From an uncultured virus (IMG/VR IMGVR_UViG_3300023179_007799) (Duplodnaviria > Heunggongvirae > Uroviricota > Caudoviricetes), in the IMG/VR virus record IMGVR_UViG_3300023179_007799: a stretch of DNA of 64,000 bases. One strand, written 5' to 3'. Position numbers and translations under genes: made by a program. Below, in pieces: positions 28,692 to 37,008 of the stretch. The notes below the pieces were generated by a model. The model searched no databases. It was not told the DNA's origin and saw nothing but the letters and a program-made list of their open reading frames with translations. The stretch's first letter is position 1, and each line of letters opens with the position of its first letter.

Positions 28692-29002
28692 TGGAAGCCA
28701 TTCAGGAAATTGGCGGTCACACCTATCTGCTGGATGGCAGCAAATTGCTGGCCTACATCAGACAGGGTGAAACTTCAGCAGATTATTTTGATCAGCCCTT
28801 GCGATTTGATCGCCGTCGCCGCAGTTTTCAGCGCGTCAGCACTGATGTTTTTAAAAAGCCTGTTCAGGACACCCGAATTGCTGTTACCGGCAGTCGGGGC
28901 AACGTCTACTATGTTGATGCACAGGCACATACCTGCACTTGCCCGGGTTACAACTACCAGGGCCATTGCAAGCATGTCAAAAATCTGACTCAGGCAGCAT
29001 GA
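28688..29002 (+). CDS. SWIM zinc-finger protein
   Basis: V.GS.GN.Y.V...CTCPGY.....CKH. Confidence 0.8.
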   Translation: MMEAIQEIGGHTYLLDGSKLLAYIRQGETSADYFDQPLRFDRRRRSFQRVSTDVFKKPVQDTRIAVTGSRGNVYYVDAQAHTCTCPGYNYQGHCKHVKNLTQAA

Positions 29003-29385
29003 TGGACCAACAAGACAGTTTGGACGAAGTCGTCTTTGATGGCATCCGCTTCATGGAAAGTCTGGCCCGATATTACGGCGCTGAACGCAGCATTGAGGTC
29101 TGGGACCAGCTGGGTCAGGTCCTGGGGCCAGATGTCAAGAGTCAGGTTTTCTTGGCCATGCTCACAGGAGAAAGCAGCAACCGTATCAGAGTCAGTCGCG
29201 GTACTTGTACAGACGCAGTGGCGGCCGTCCGAGCCATACGTCAGGCCACTGGCATGGGTCTCAAGGAAGCCAAGGATGCCTGGGATCTGACTGCCATCAA
29301 GACTGTGACCATCGACAATGTTCAGCGCGAACTTCGTAGTGATTTTGTGCGTGATCTGCGTTATATTGGCATGCGTGTTCACTAA
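28999..29385 (+). CDS. protein with a ribosomal bL12 (L7/L12) C-terminal-like domain
   Basis: AVRAIRQATGMGLKEAKD matches the bL12 CTD (IK.VR..TGLGLKEAK); N-terminus unrelated. Confidence 0.75.
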   Translation: MMDQQDSLDEVVFDGIRFMESLARYYGAERSIEVWDQLGQVLGPDVKSQVFLAMLTGESSNRIRVSRGTCTDAVAAVRAIRQATGMGLKEAKDAWDLTAIKTVTIDNVQRELRSDFVRDLRYIGMRVH

Positions 29386-29409
29386 TTTTTAAACCAGCGA
29401 GGACCAACC

Positions 29410-29601
29410 GTGAAGTATCAGAATCTTAATAGTGTTTGTGGTGGTGTTATTACGCCTCTGGCGCTCAAGTGTGTTTGGATGGACCTGGATTCTCAGCGGC
29501 CTGAAGTTCGACAGGAATTCTGGGAATACATGTTTGAGATGGGCAGTGCCTTTGGAGATGTCCAAAGTTTTGTAATTCAAGATCGTGAATTAATTAACTA
29601 A
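29410..29601 (+). CDS. hypothetical protein
   Basis: GAGGA SD before GTG. Confidence 0.5.
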   Translation: MKYQNLNSVCGGVITPLALKCVWMDLDSQRPEVRQEFWEYMFEMGSAFGDVQSFVIQDRELIN

Positions 29602-29610
29602 AGGAGTCAT

Positions 29611-29952
29611 TTGATGTCTACTATGTCTACACAATTTACGGCTGCTGGTGTCAGCACACAGAATGGTCGTGTCAAGGTACGGTATGCCTCTGATCGGGAA
29701 ACTCGTTTTATCAAACTGGTCAAGGAAGGACACACAGCAGTGCATCTGCTGGAATTGCCTGAACCCATGACCCGGACCGAGGCCACCGATTATCTACGCC
29801 ACAGCCATCTGATGCAGGTTGTGGAATTTGCTGAAGCCATCAACTCAGCCTGGATCAAGCACCACCCAGCAGTTGTGGTGGCAGGGAAACGCAACAAACA
29901 ACCCAATCTGGCAGATCTACAAGCCAGAGCAAGGGCCAAGGAGACTGTCTGA
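29611..29952 (+). CDS. hypothetical protein
   Basis: AAGGAG SD. Confidence 0.7.
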   Translation: MMSTMSTQFTAAGVSTQNGRVKVRYASDRETRFIKLVKEGHTAVHLLELPEPMTRTEATDYLRHSHLMQVVEFAEAINSAWIKHHPAVVVAGKRNKQPNLADLQARARAKETV

Positions 29953-29953
29953 C

Positions 29954-30091
29954 ATGTGGTACATCGCCATCTACAGTCTGCTGATTGTTGTGTTTACGCC
30001 CTGGTGGTTCTGTTTATGGATCACCGGTCGTTGGCCCCGGTATGACCGTGACAGTGTCAAAATCACTCGTGAAGTCATTATTGATAAGTAA
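29954..30091 (+). CDS. small membrane protein
   Basis: Hydrophobic N-terminus; packs tightly between neighbours. Confidence 0.45.
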   Translation: MWYIAIYSLLIVVFTPWWFCLWITGRWPRYDRDSVKITREVIIDK

Positions 30092-30096
30092 ATGAT

Positions 30097-30264
30097 ATGA
30101 TTGTCTGTGTGTGCAGAGACATCAGAACATCAGAATATGATTCAGAAGACAGCCTCAGAGAAAGAATCATGCAACCAGATTTCCAATGTGGGCTTTGTCA
30201 GTTGGCATATCTGAATTCCGCTGGCGACTCTGAGACGATTTCTGAAGAATCTGACAATACATAA
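30097..30264 (+). CDS. BFD-like [2Fe-2S] small protein
   Basis: MIVCVC...CGLC (CxC...CxxC); not in the ORF track. Confidence 0.65.
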   Translation: MIVCVCRDIRTSEYDSEDSLRERIMQPDFQCGLCQLAYLNSAGDSETISEESDNT

Positions 30265-30301
30265 GTAACAAATATTTTTTTAATATTCAGGAGACAAAAT
30301 T

Positions 30302-30433
30302 ATGAAGGTTACCAAACTAATCCAGCAACTGTATGCAGCCATTGCAGCCAAGAACACAGAGTTGCAAAAAAAGTTGTATGAAAAAATCACCCGGAAAAGC
30401 CTGAAGAAGAAGAATACACAGGCAGTGCAATAA
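30302..30433 (+). CDS. 43-aa basic peptide
   Basis: AGGAG SD; MKVTKLIQQLYAAIAAKNTELQKKLYEKITRKSLKKKNTQAVQ. Confidence 0.6.
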   Translation: MKVTKLIQQLYAAIAAKNTELQKKLYEKITRKSLKKKNTQAVQ

Positions 30434-30440
30434 ATATCTG

Positions 30441-30745
30441 CTATTGCTGTATGAAGTTGATGGAAAGGTGTCTTGGACGCGAGTTCGATTCTCGCCATCT
30501 CCACCATAAGCGTATTGCCTGGTATGAGTGCCTTTAGGCGTAATCAGAGTCCAATAAGTAGTACGCTTATGATGGGGATGTCAAGGTTTCGACAGGGCAA
30601 ATGAGTACGGATACAGACAGCACGGTAGGCGATGACCGTAAATCAAGCAAAATTTATAAACGCAAATGACAACGTTTATGCTGAGGATTTCGCGCTAGCC
30701 GCTTAATCACTCGGGGAAGGAAAATTCCTGGCAACAGAAACCACC
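30441..30745 (+). ncRNA. ssrA: circularly permuted (two-piece) tmRNA; tag ANDNVYAEDFALAA
   Basis: Acceptor piece with T-arm GCGAG-TTCGATT-CTCGC and CATCTCC-ACCA ends at 30506. An intervening stem follows, then the coding piece starts GGGGATG (30574), pairing with CATCTCC including G3:U70. Tag frame 30662-30706. Outer ends are approximate. Confidence 0.92.
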
Positions 30746-30746
30746 A

Positions 30747-30769
30747 GGCCCGCTCCGGCGGGCCTTTTT
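30747..30769 (+). terminator. terminator of the tmRNA gene
   Basis: GGCCCGC-TCCG-GCGGGCC followed by TTTTT. Confidence 0.88.
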
Positions 30770-30828
30770 CATGATGGCACTAAATACTTGTACAAATGTT
30801 ACAATTCCGTTAAACGGGGAGAACTGTC

Positions 30829-31119
30829 ATGAGATATTGGGTGAGTCTGGCATTGCTAACAGCAGCAGGCACAAGTTTTGCGGAAGATCTGGAAACTCGC
30901 AGCAAGACAGTGTACTGCAAGTCTGAATCAGAATTGGTGTCGGAATTGACTCAGGAGCACGGTGAGCAGCCCATCTGGGCAGGCGATGACACTGTAGGTC
31001 AGAACAAATACGCACTCAGCTATAATCCCATCGCCAAAACCTGGACCTTCATACAGTCAGATGGCGAGACTGCTTGTATTCTGGGCTTTGGATTGAATGC
31101 CGAGAAGAGTCGAATCTAA
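30829..31119 (+). CDS. small exported hypothetical protein
   Basis: Signal peptide; GGAG SD; two Cys. Confidence 0.7.
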   Translation: MRYWVSLALLTAAGTSFAEDLETRSKTVYCKSESELVSELTQEHGEQPIWAGDDTVGQNKYALSYNPIAKTWTFIQSDGETACILGFGLNAEKSRI

Positions 31120-31240
31120 AATATCTCAGTTATAACAATAGTTAAAATACTGCTGGCAGTCAGCAATTTTATCAGTCAAGGCCATAAATATCAGAAGCTG
31201 ACGTATAATACACAACAGCACATCTGGGAGACATGGAACA

Positions 31241-34200
31241 ATGGCTAATAAAAATTTCATAGTCCATAATGGACTAACAGCAGGAAACGTAACAATTGAC
31301 GCTGCATCAGGCAACGTCACAGCAACAAGATTCATCGGCGACGGTAGTTTTCTAACTGGTGTTACTGCATCAGGCGTATCAAGCGCCAATTTAACTGGCG
31401 ATACACTGGCTTCAGGTGTTACCAAGTCAAGTCTGACACAAGTGGGCAACATCACCACAGGTACCTGGTCGGGTTCAGTAATTCAGCCAGCATACATTGC
31501 TACCCTGAATCAGAACACCACTGGCAGTGCAGCCAGCTTGACTACTTCACGCAACATCAACGGTGTGGCATTCAACGGCACAGCTGATATCACTGTCACA
31601 GCCAATGCAGCAACATTGACCAGTGACACATTGGCAAGTGGTGTAACCAAGTCAAGTCTGACACAAGTGGGCACAATTGCCACTGGTGTTTGGCAAGGCA
31701 CAGCAATTAGTAACTCATACCTGGCCAACAGCAGCGTCACAATCAACGGTACAAGTGTGTCACTGGGTGGCAGTGCAACTGTCACAGCCAACGCAGCAAC
31801 ACTGACTGGTACAACACTGAAATCAACAGTTGTTGCATCAAGTCTGACATCAGTAGGTAACCTGACATCACTGAATGCCAGTGGTAATATTAGTACAACT
31901 GGTAGTGTAGTTGCTGCCAAGTTCTACGGTGACGGTAGCGGTCTAACTGGTGTTACTTCATACACCAACAGTGATTTGGCCACTGCACTGGCATCTGGCA
32001 CCACCACCATTGCCAACGTAACAGTCAGCGGCAAGGTAGTGGGTAACTTGATCCCCAGCGCCAACATCACATACACCCTGGGTGATCTGACACACCAGTG
32101 GAAGGACTTGTACGTGGGTCCAGGTTCTATCTACGTTAACGGTAACAAAGTCCTGGAGCAAGTTTCAGACACCATCGTTTTCAGTGCTGATCCCAACCAG
32201 AACATCGCAATTCGCACCACTGGCACAGGTGATGTGGAAATCAACACAGCCAACACTGGTGTCATTTCATTCAAGGGCCCAGTGCAGTTTGATGATGCCT
32301 ATAACTTCGTCACAACCAGTGGTGGTGCTGTACCATTCACAACTGGCCTAAAAGTTCCCACCATCACTGCTTATGGCACCAATGCCACACTGACACTGGC
32401 TGGCACAGGCACAGGCAGTATCAGCCTAAACGACGACGTGACCGTTACTGGCAACCTGACAGTTACTGGCACCACAGCATCATTGAATGTCACAAACCTG
32501 AACGTACAAGACAACATCATCAACATTTCCAGCGGCGCAACTGGTACTCCATCAGCCAACGCTGGTCTACAAGTTGTTCGTGGTGACGACCCCAACGTTC
32601 AGTTGCGTTGGAACGAGTCTGTTGACAAGTGGCAGTTTACCAATGATGGCTCAACATACGCCAACCTGGTTTCTGGCACAGACATCACTACAGTGGGTAA
32701 CATCACAAGTGGTACCTGGTCAGGTTCAGTAATTCAACCAGCATACATTGCTACATTGAACCAGAACACCACTGGTAGTGCAGCCAGTTTGACCACCTCA
32801 CGTAACATCAATGGTGTGGCATTTAATGGCACAGCTGACATCACTGTCACAGCCAACGCAGCCACCCTGACCAGTGACACACTGGCCAGTGGTGTAACCA
32901 AGTCAAGTCTGACACAAGTGGGCACAATTGCCACTGGTGTTTGGCAAGGCACAGCAATTAGTAACTCATACCTGGCCAACAGCAGTTTGACCATCAACGG
33001 TACAAGTGTATCACTGGGTGGCAGCGCAACTGTCACAGCCAACGCAGCAACATTGACTGGTGCAACACTGGCTTCAGGCGTAACTGCTTCAAGTTTGACA
33101 TCAGTGGGCACCCTGGGTTCATTGACAGTCACTGGTGCAGCCACAGTGGGTTCAGTGGCAGCTGGTAACATCAGCATCAGTGCAACAGCAGATGCCATCA
33201 CCAGTAGTGGTACACTGACACTGGATCCCAACCCCACAGGTTCAGGTGGTCTGGTCGTGATTCAGGGTAACCTGCAAGTCACAGGTACAACCACAACTGT
33301 TAACTCAACCACTGTGGAAGTGGCTGATTTGAACATCACCCTGGCCAAAGATGCTGCCACAGCAGCGGCTGCCAACGGTGCTGGTTTGACAGTGGCCGGT
33401 GCAAGTGCAACATTTAACTATGCTTCAACTGGCGACAAGTGGACATCAAACAAGCCACTAGATGTCACTGGCAACGTTGTTGCCACAGCGTTCAGTGGTA
33501 GTGGTGCTTATCTGACATCAATCCCCAACGGTGCATTGACCAATAGCAGTATCACAGTAAACGGTACAGCGGTATCACTGGGCGGCAGTGCAACTGTCAC
33601 AGCCAATGCAGCAACCCTGACTGGTACAACATTAAATGCAACAGTAGTTGCATCAAGTTTGACATCAGTGGGTAACATCACAAGTGGCACTTGGTCAGGT
33701 TCAGTAATTCAACCAGCATACATTGCTACATTGAACCAGAACACCACTGGTAGTGCAGCCAGTTTGACCACCTCACGTAACATCAATGGTGTGGCATTTA
33801 ATGGCACAGCTGACATCACTGTCACAGCCAACGCAGCCACCCTGACCAGTGACACACTGGCTTCAGGTGTAACTGCTTCAAGTTTGACATCAGTTGGTAC
33901 ACTAGGCGCACTGTCAGTTACTGGTAACGTAAGTGCTGGTGGCTTTAGTGGTACACATTATGGTTCAGGTGCTGGTTTGACATCAATCCCCAATGGTGCA
34001 TTGACCAACAGCAGCATCACAGTTAACGGCACAGCGGTATCACTGGGTGGTAGTGCAACTGTAACAGCCAACGCAGCTACCCTGACTGGTTCAACACTGG
34101 CTTCCGGTGTAACTGCTTCAAGTTTGACATCGGTTGGTACATTGTCAGCATTGACAGTGTCTGGTGCAATTACTGTTAACAGCGGCAACAATGCCACAGC

Positions 34201-34666
34201 AATCGTCAACGGTGGCACCAACGGTACTGGTAACATTGGTGCAAGTGGTGCAACATTCAACACCATATTTGCCAAAGCAACCACAGCACAATACGCTGAC
34301 TTGGCAGAAAAGTATGCAGCAGATGCTGAATACGAGCCAGGCACAGTGCTATGCTTCGGTGGCTCAGCAGAAGTCACAGTGTGCGATCACGATGCAGACC
34401 GCAAGGTTGCTGGTGTTGTGACAACCAATCCTGCTTACATGATGAATGATGCAATTGATGCTGAGCACTCAGCAGCCATTGCTCTGCAAGGTCGTGTGCC
34501 ATGTAAGGTTGTTGGTCCTGTTGCCCTGGGTGACATGCTAGTATCAGCAGGCGCAGGCCGTGCTCGTGCAGAAGCCGACCCCAAAGTTGGTTCAGTAATT
34601 GGTAAGGCACTGGAAGCACATGCTGAAGGTGAAGGCGTAATTGAAGTAGCAGTTGGTCGTTTCTAA
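31241..34666 (+). CDS. long tail-fibre protein with internal repeats and C-terminal chaperone/peptidase-like domain
   Basis: T/S/G/A-rich repeats (SLTSVGTL, RNINGVAFNGTADITV); C-terminal YADLAEKY...GRVPCKV...GDML...IGKAL domain; TAAATA and GGAG upstream. Confidence 0.85.
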   Translation: MANKNFIVHNGLTAGNVTIDAASGNVTATRFIGDGSFLTGVTASGVSSANLTGDTLASGVTKSSLTQVGNITTGTWSGSVIQPAYIATLNQNTTGSAASLTTSRNINGVAFNGTADITVTANAATLTSDTLASGVTKSSLTQVGTIATGVWQGTAISNSYLANSSVTINGTSVSLGGSATVTANAATLTGTTLKSTVVASSLTSVGNLTSLNASGNISTTGSVVAAKFYGDGSGLTGVTSYTNSDLATALASGTTTIANVTVSGKVVGNLIPSANITYTLGDLTHQWKDLYVGPGSIYVNGNKVLEQVSDTIVFSADPNQNIAIRTTGTGDVEINTANTGVISFKGPVQFDDAYNFVTTSGGAVPFTTGLKVPTITAYGTNATLTLAGTGTGSISLNDDVTVTGNLTVTGTTASLNVTNLNVQDNIINISSGATGTPSANAGLQVVRGDDPNVQLRWNESVDKWQFTNDGSTYANLVSGTDITTVGNITSGTWSGSVIQPAYIATLNQNTTGSAASLTTSRNINGVAFNGTADITVTANAATLTSDTLASGVTKSSLTQVGTIATGVWQGTAISNSYLANSSLTINGTSVSLGGSATVTANAATLTGATLASGVTASSLTSVGTLGSLTVTGAATVGSVAAGNISISATADAITSSGTLTLDPNPTGSGGLVVIQGNLQVTGTTTTVNSTTVEVADLNITLAKDAATAAAANGAGLTVAGASATFNYASTGDKWTSNKPLDVTGNVVATAFSGSGAYLTSIPNGALTNSSITVNGTAVSLGGSATVTANAATLTGTTLNATVVASSLTSVGNITSGTWSGSVIQPAYIATLNQNTTGSAASLTTSRNINGVAFNGTADITVTANAATLTSDTLASGVTASSLTSVGTLGALSVTGNVSAGGFSGTHYGSGAGLTSIPNGALTNSSITVNGTAVSLGGSATVTANAATLTGSTLASGVTASSLTSVGTLSALTVSGAITVNSGNNATAIVNGGTNGTGNIGASGATFNTIFAKATTAQYADLAEKYAADAEYEPGTVLCFGGSAEVTVCDHDADRKVAGVVTTNPAYMMNDAIDAEHSAAIALQGRVPCKVVGPVALGDMLVSAGAGRARAEADPKVGSVIGKALEAHAEGEGVIEVAVGRF
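32717..33861 (+). repeat. identical 170-bp intragenic direct repeat (32717-32886 = 33692-33861); a diverged third copy lies at about 31466-31635
   Basis: Direct reading of the DNA; 31637-31734 also equals 32888-32985 (98 bp). Confidence 0.85.
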
Positions 34667-34687
34667 ACTGACTGAGTGAGTTAGAAC

Positions 34688-34716
34688 AAAGTCCAGGGGT
34701 AAAACCCTGGACTTTT
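34688..34716 (+). terminator. terminator after the tail-fibre gene
   Basis: AAAGTCCAGGG-GTAAAA-CCCTGGACTTTT. Confidence 0.85.
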
Positions 34717-34904
34717 GTCTGACTGAACTAGCAAGCGGCTCTGGCACAGGCACCATCACAATGGGCGGTGTTTCTTTAACGTACACTGCCAGCACCCTGA
34801 CTGATGCCACCAGCACACTGACGTCTTCAGTGACTGCAGTGTGATGTTTTGGATTCTGACACACACAAGTATTTTTTAATTTATTTTACTTGCTGCACAA
34901 AAAC

Positions 34905-34976
34905 AAAAAAGCACCAGGTGCTTTTTTGTTGATTAATAAAAACTCCAATAGGAAAAGCACCCGACGGGTGCTTTTC
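34905..34976. terminator. two related palindromic hairpins (bidirectional terminators)
   Basis: AAAAAAGCACC-A-GGTGCTTTTTT and GAAAAGCACCC-GAC-GGGTGCTTTTC. Confidence 0.65.
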
Positions 34977-35013
34977 ATTTTTTTAAAACATTACAAATTA
35001 ATTTTAAATTAGC

Positions 35014-35523
35014 TTAATCTTCGACACCATCCACATACAATTTGATAGTATTGTTGGCATTTGCTACTGCCGGTAATATCATATTTGTATATCCATCGAT
35101 AACCACAGGACGACTGCGGAATTGTTGTAAATGCTCCATGGTATCAAATACCATATAAAACGTCCAAGTCAATGCAAATGGATTGTATGGTGGCTGGTGA
35201 TGAAACCCCCAACCAAGAAACTGTATCAGGTCTGCTGGAGCAGTGTCTACTTCAGGAACAAAATTATAACTCCACTGGTCTCGTGGTAAGAAAAAGATCG
35301 ATTTAATATTTTCTTTGATCTCTGATTCCCTGGTCTGAATTTCACTGTCAGTAATACTCTCGTCATAATATGACGTCACAAATCCAAGACCCATTGACGC
35401 AAAATAATTTTCAAGATCATCTTGATCACCCGTGCGTATTGGGGGGATCTTCATCATCACCTCTTCCATCCAAAATTTGGATTCCAATGAAGGTCTGATG
35501 GTTTCGATTTTTAGTGTAGGCAT
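35014..35523 (-). CDS. hypothetical protein
   Basis: TAAATA and GGAG upstream on the - strand. Confidence 0.7.
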   Translation of the reverse strand: MPTLKIETIRPSLESKFWMEEVMMKIPPIRTGDQDDLENYFASMGLGFVTSYYDESITDSEIQTRESEIKENIKSIFFLPRDQWSYNFVPEVDTAPADLIQFLGWGFHHQPPYNPFALTWTFYMVFDTMEHLQQFRSRPVVIDGYTNMILPAVANANNTIKLYVDGVED

Positions 35524-35607
35524 TTTAAATCTCCAGTTTAAATTATTTATCTTGACTCCAAGATTTTAAGCAGTTATAATTATTATTTAATCCAATTTGG
35601 AGTAATT

Positions 35608-36087
35608 TTGACAAATAAAACAAAATATTATTTTGCCTACGGCATGAACACCAATCCAGAACAGATGGGCTTTCGATGCCCCACGGCCCGAGCACTGGGA
35701 CTGGCAACGCTCAATCATCATCGATTTGAATTCAAAACACACGCCACAATTTCAGCCAGTAAAGGTCAGGTGGTAGAAGGCGTACTCTGGACAATCACTC
35801 CTGAAGATGAAGATTCTCTGGACAGATTGGAGGGCTACCCAAATTATTATGGAAAAAAGATAGTATTGGTCGAACATCAGGAGCAACATTTTCGAGCCAT
35901 GGTTTATGTCATGGATTCTGCCATGCTACATGCCCCACCCAACAACTACTACTATCAGACAGTAGCCGAAGGATATGATAAATTTGGAGTATCCAAGCAC
36001 CAACTCCGTGTAGCTCGACAATATTCAACTAAAATATATCGTAAGAAGTTTTCTCACGCAGACTACAATATCAGAAATTTTGGTTGA
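35608..36087 (+). CDS. gamma-glutamylcyclotransferase (GGCT/AIG2-like)
   Basis: YFAYGMN, VEGVLW and LDRLEGYP motifs; TTGACT-17-TATAAT at 35552. Confidence 0.88.
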   Translation: MTNKTKYYFAYGMNTNPEQMGFRCPTARALGLATLNHHRFEFKTHATISASKGQVVEGVLWTITPEDEDSLDRLEGYPNYYGKKIVLVEHQEQHFRAMVYVMDSAMLHAPPNNYYYQTVAEGYDKFGVSKHQLRVARQYSTKIYRKKFSHADYNIRNFG

Positions 36088-36155
36088 CTTTGCTCCAATT
36101 TAAGCGTATAGTTATAGCACGTGGCAATGGTGCCATATAAATCAAGGAGTCATAG

Positions 36156-36878
36156 ATGAAGATTAACAAACTTGCTGTTGCACTTGCTGCTGCGGGCTTT
36201 CTGATTACTGGTTGCGCTAGCAACGGTGTCAAACCGGAAACCATTAAAGTCAATTCTGTCAAAGTAGACAAGGACCCCGCTGCTGAAATCAACCGGCCCA
36301 AGCCGGTTAGTGCTGTGTTTAATCGCCCACAGGGGCCCACTCAGCTGGAATTTACTGATGCTGGTGAATTTATTGGCATCACCGCCAAGGCCAGTGCCCC
36401 CATTGCCGGCAACAATGCCTACTCAATTGAGCAAGCCACACAAGTGGCAGTGCTACGGGCCAAACGCAACATTGCAGAGTTCATGAGTGCACAACTCAAC
36501 ACCACTCGCACTCTTAAGGTACTGAGCCACACTGTGCAAAAGAGCAAGGAAAACACCGCCAACGGCATGGCAGATGAAGTGCAGATGGATGACCGTGCAT
36601 TTGACAGCAGTGGTGGCATTGTCACCATGGACGACGGCACAGGCTTGTCCAATAACCCTGCGAAGTTTTCCCATGACAATGTCAACAGTGAACGCATTGC
36701 CCAAACAGTTCGTGAAACTGTGTCTGCCAGCAGCAGTGTGCTCATGCGTGGTCTGTATGTGGTCAGCGAACGGATCGACCCAGCTGGTCGAGTAGTGACT
36801 GTGGAAGTTCACGCCAGTCAAAAGAGCATTGGTGCTGCTGGAAGTCTGCGTCGTATGATGGAACAGGCGGGCCAATAA
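36156..36878 (+). CDS. lipoprotein (LPP20-like)
   Basis: Lipobox LITGC; A...A.LRAKRNIAE; AAGGAG SD; promoter at 36084-36112. Confidence 0.7.
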   Translation: MKINKLAVALAAAGFLITGCASNGVKPETIKVNSVKVDKDPAAEINRPKPVSAVFNRPQGPTQLEFTDAGEFIGITAKASAPIAGNNAYSIEQATQVAVLRAKRNIAEFMSAQLNTTRTLKVLSHTVQKSKENTANGMADEVQMDDRAFDSSGGIVTMDDGTGLSNNPAKFSHDNVNSERIAQTVRETVSASSSVLMRGLYVVSERIDPAGRVVTVEVHASQKSIGAAGSLRRMMEQAGQ

Positions 36879-36879
36879 C

Positions 36880-37008
36880 ATGAAAATGTTCATTGCGGGT
36901 ACAGTATTTGGTCTGGTATTGGCCACAGTGGGCTTTTCTGGTATCGCTCGTATGCTGGATCGGGGAGTCAATACCATCAAATCCACTTCTCAGGACCTGA
37001 GTCAATGA
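36880..37008 (+). CDS. 42-aa membrane peptide
   Basis: MKMFIAGTVFGLVLATVGFSG...; fills the gap and is ATGA-coupled to the next gene. Confidence 0.55.
   Translation: MKMFIAGTVFGLVLATVGFSGIARMLDRGVNTIKSTSQDLSQ

Noticed and set aside
30470..30506. tRNA gene (T-arm plus CCA)
   Set aside because: No anticodon arm or matching 5' acceptor strand upstream; the complementary GGGGATG lies downstream, so this is the acceptor piece of a permuted tmRNA
30280..30507. Minus-strand ORF MVEMARIELASK...
   Set aside because: Typical spurious antisense translation of a tRNA-like end; it overlaps the tmRNA and a better + strand ORF
31241..34860. Diversity-generating retroelement acting on the tail fibre
   Set aside because: The repeats are in-frame and intragenic, their differences are not adenine-specific, and no reverse transcriptase is in the window
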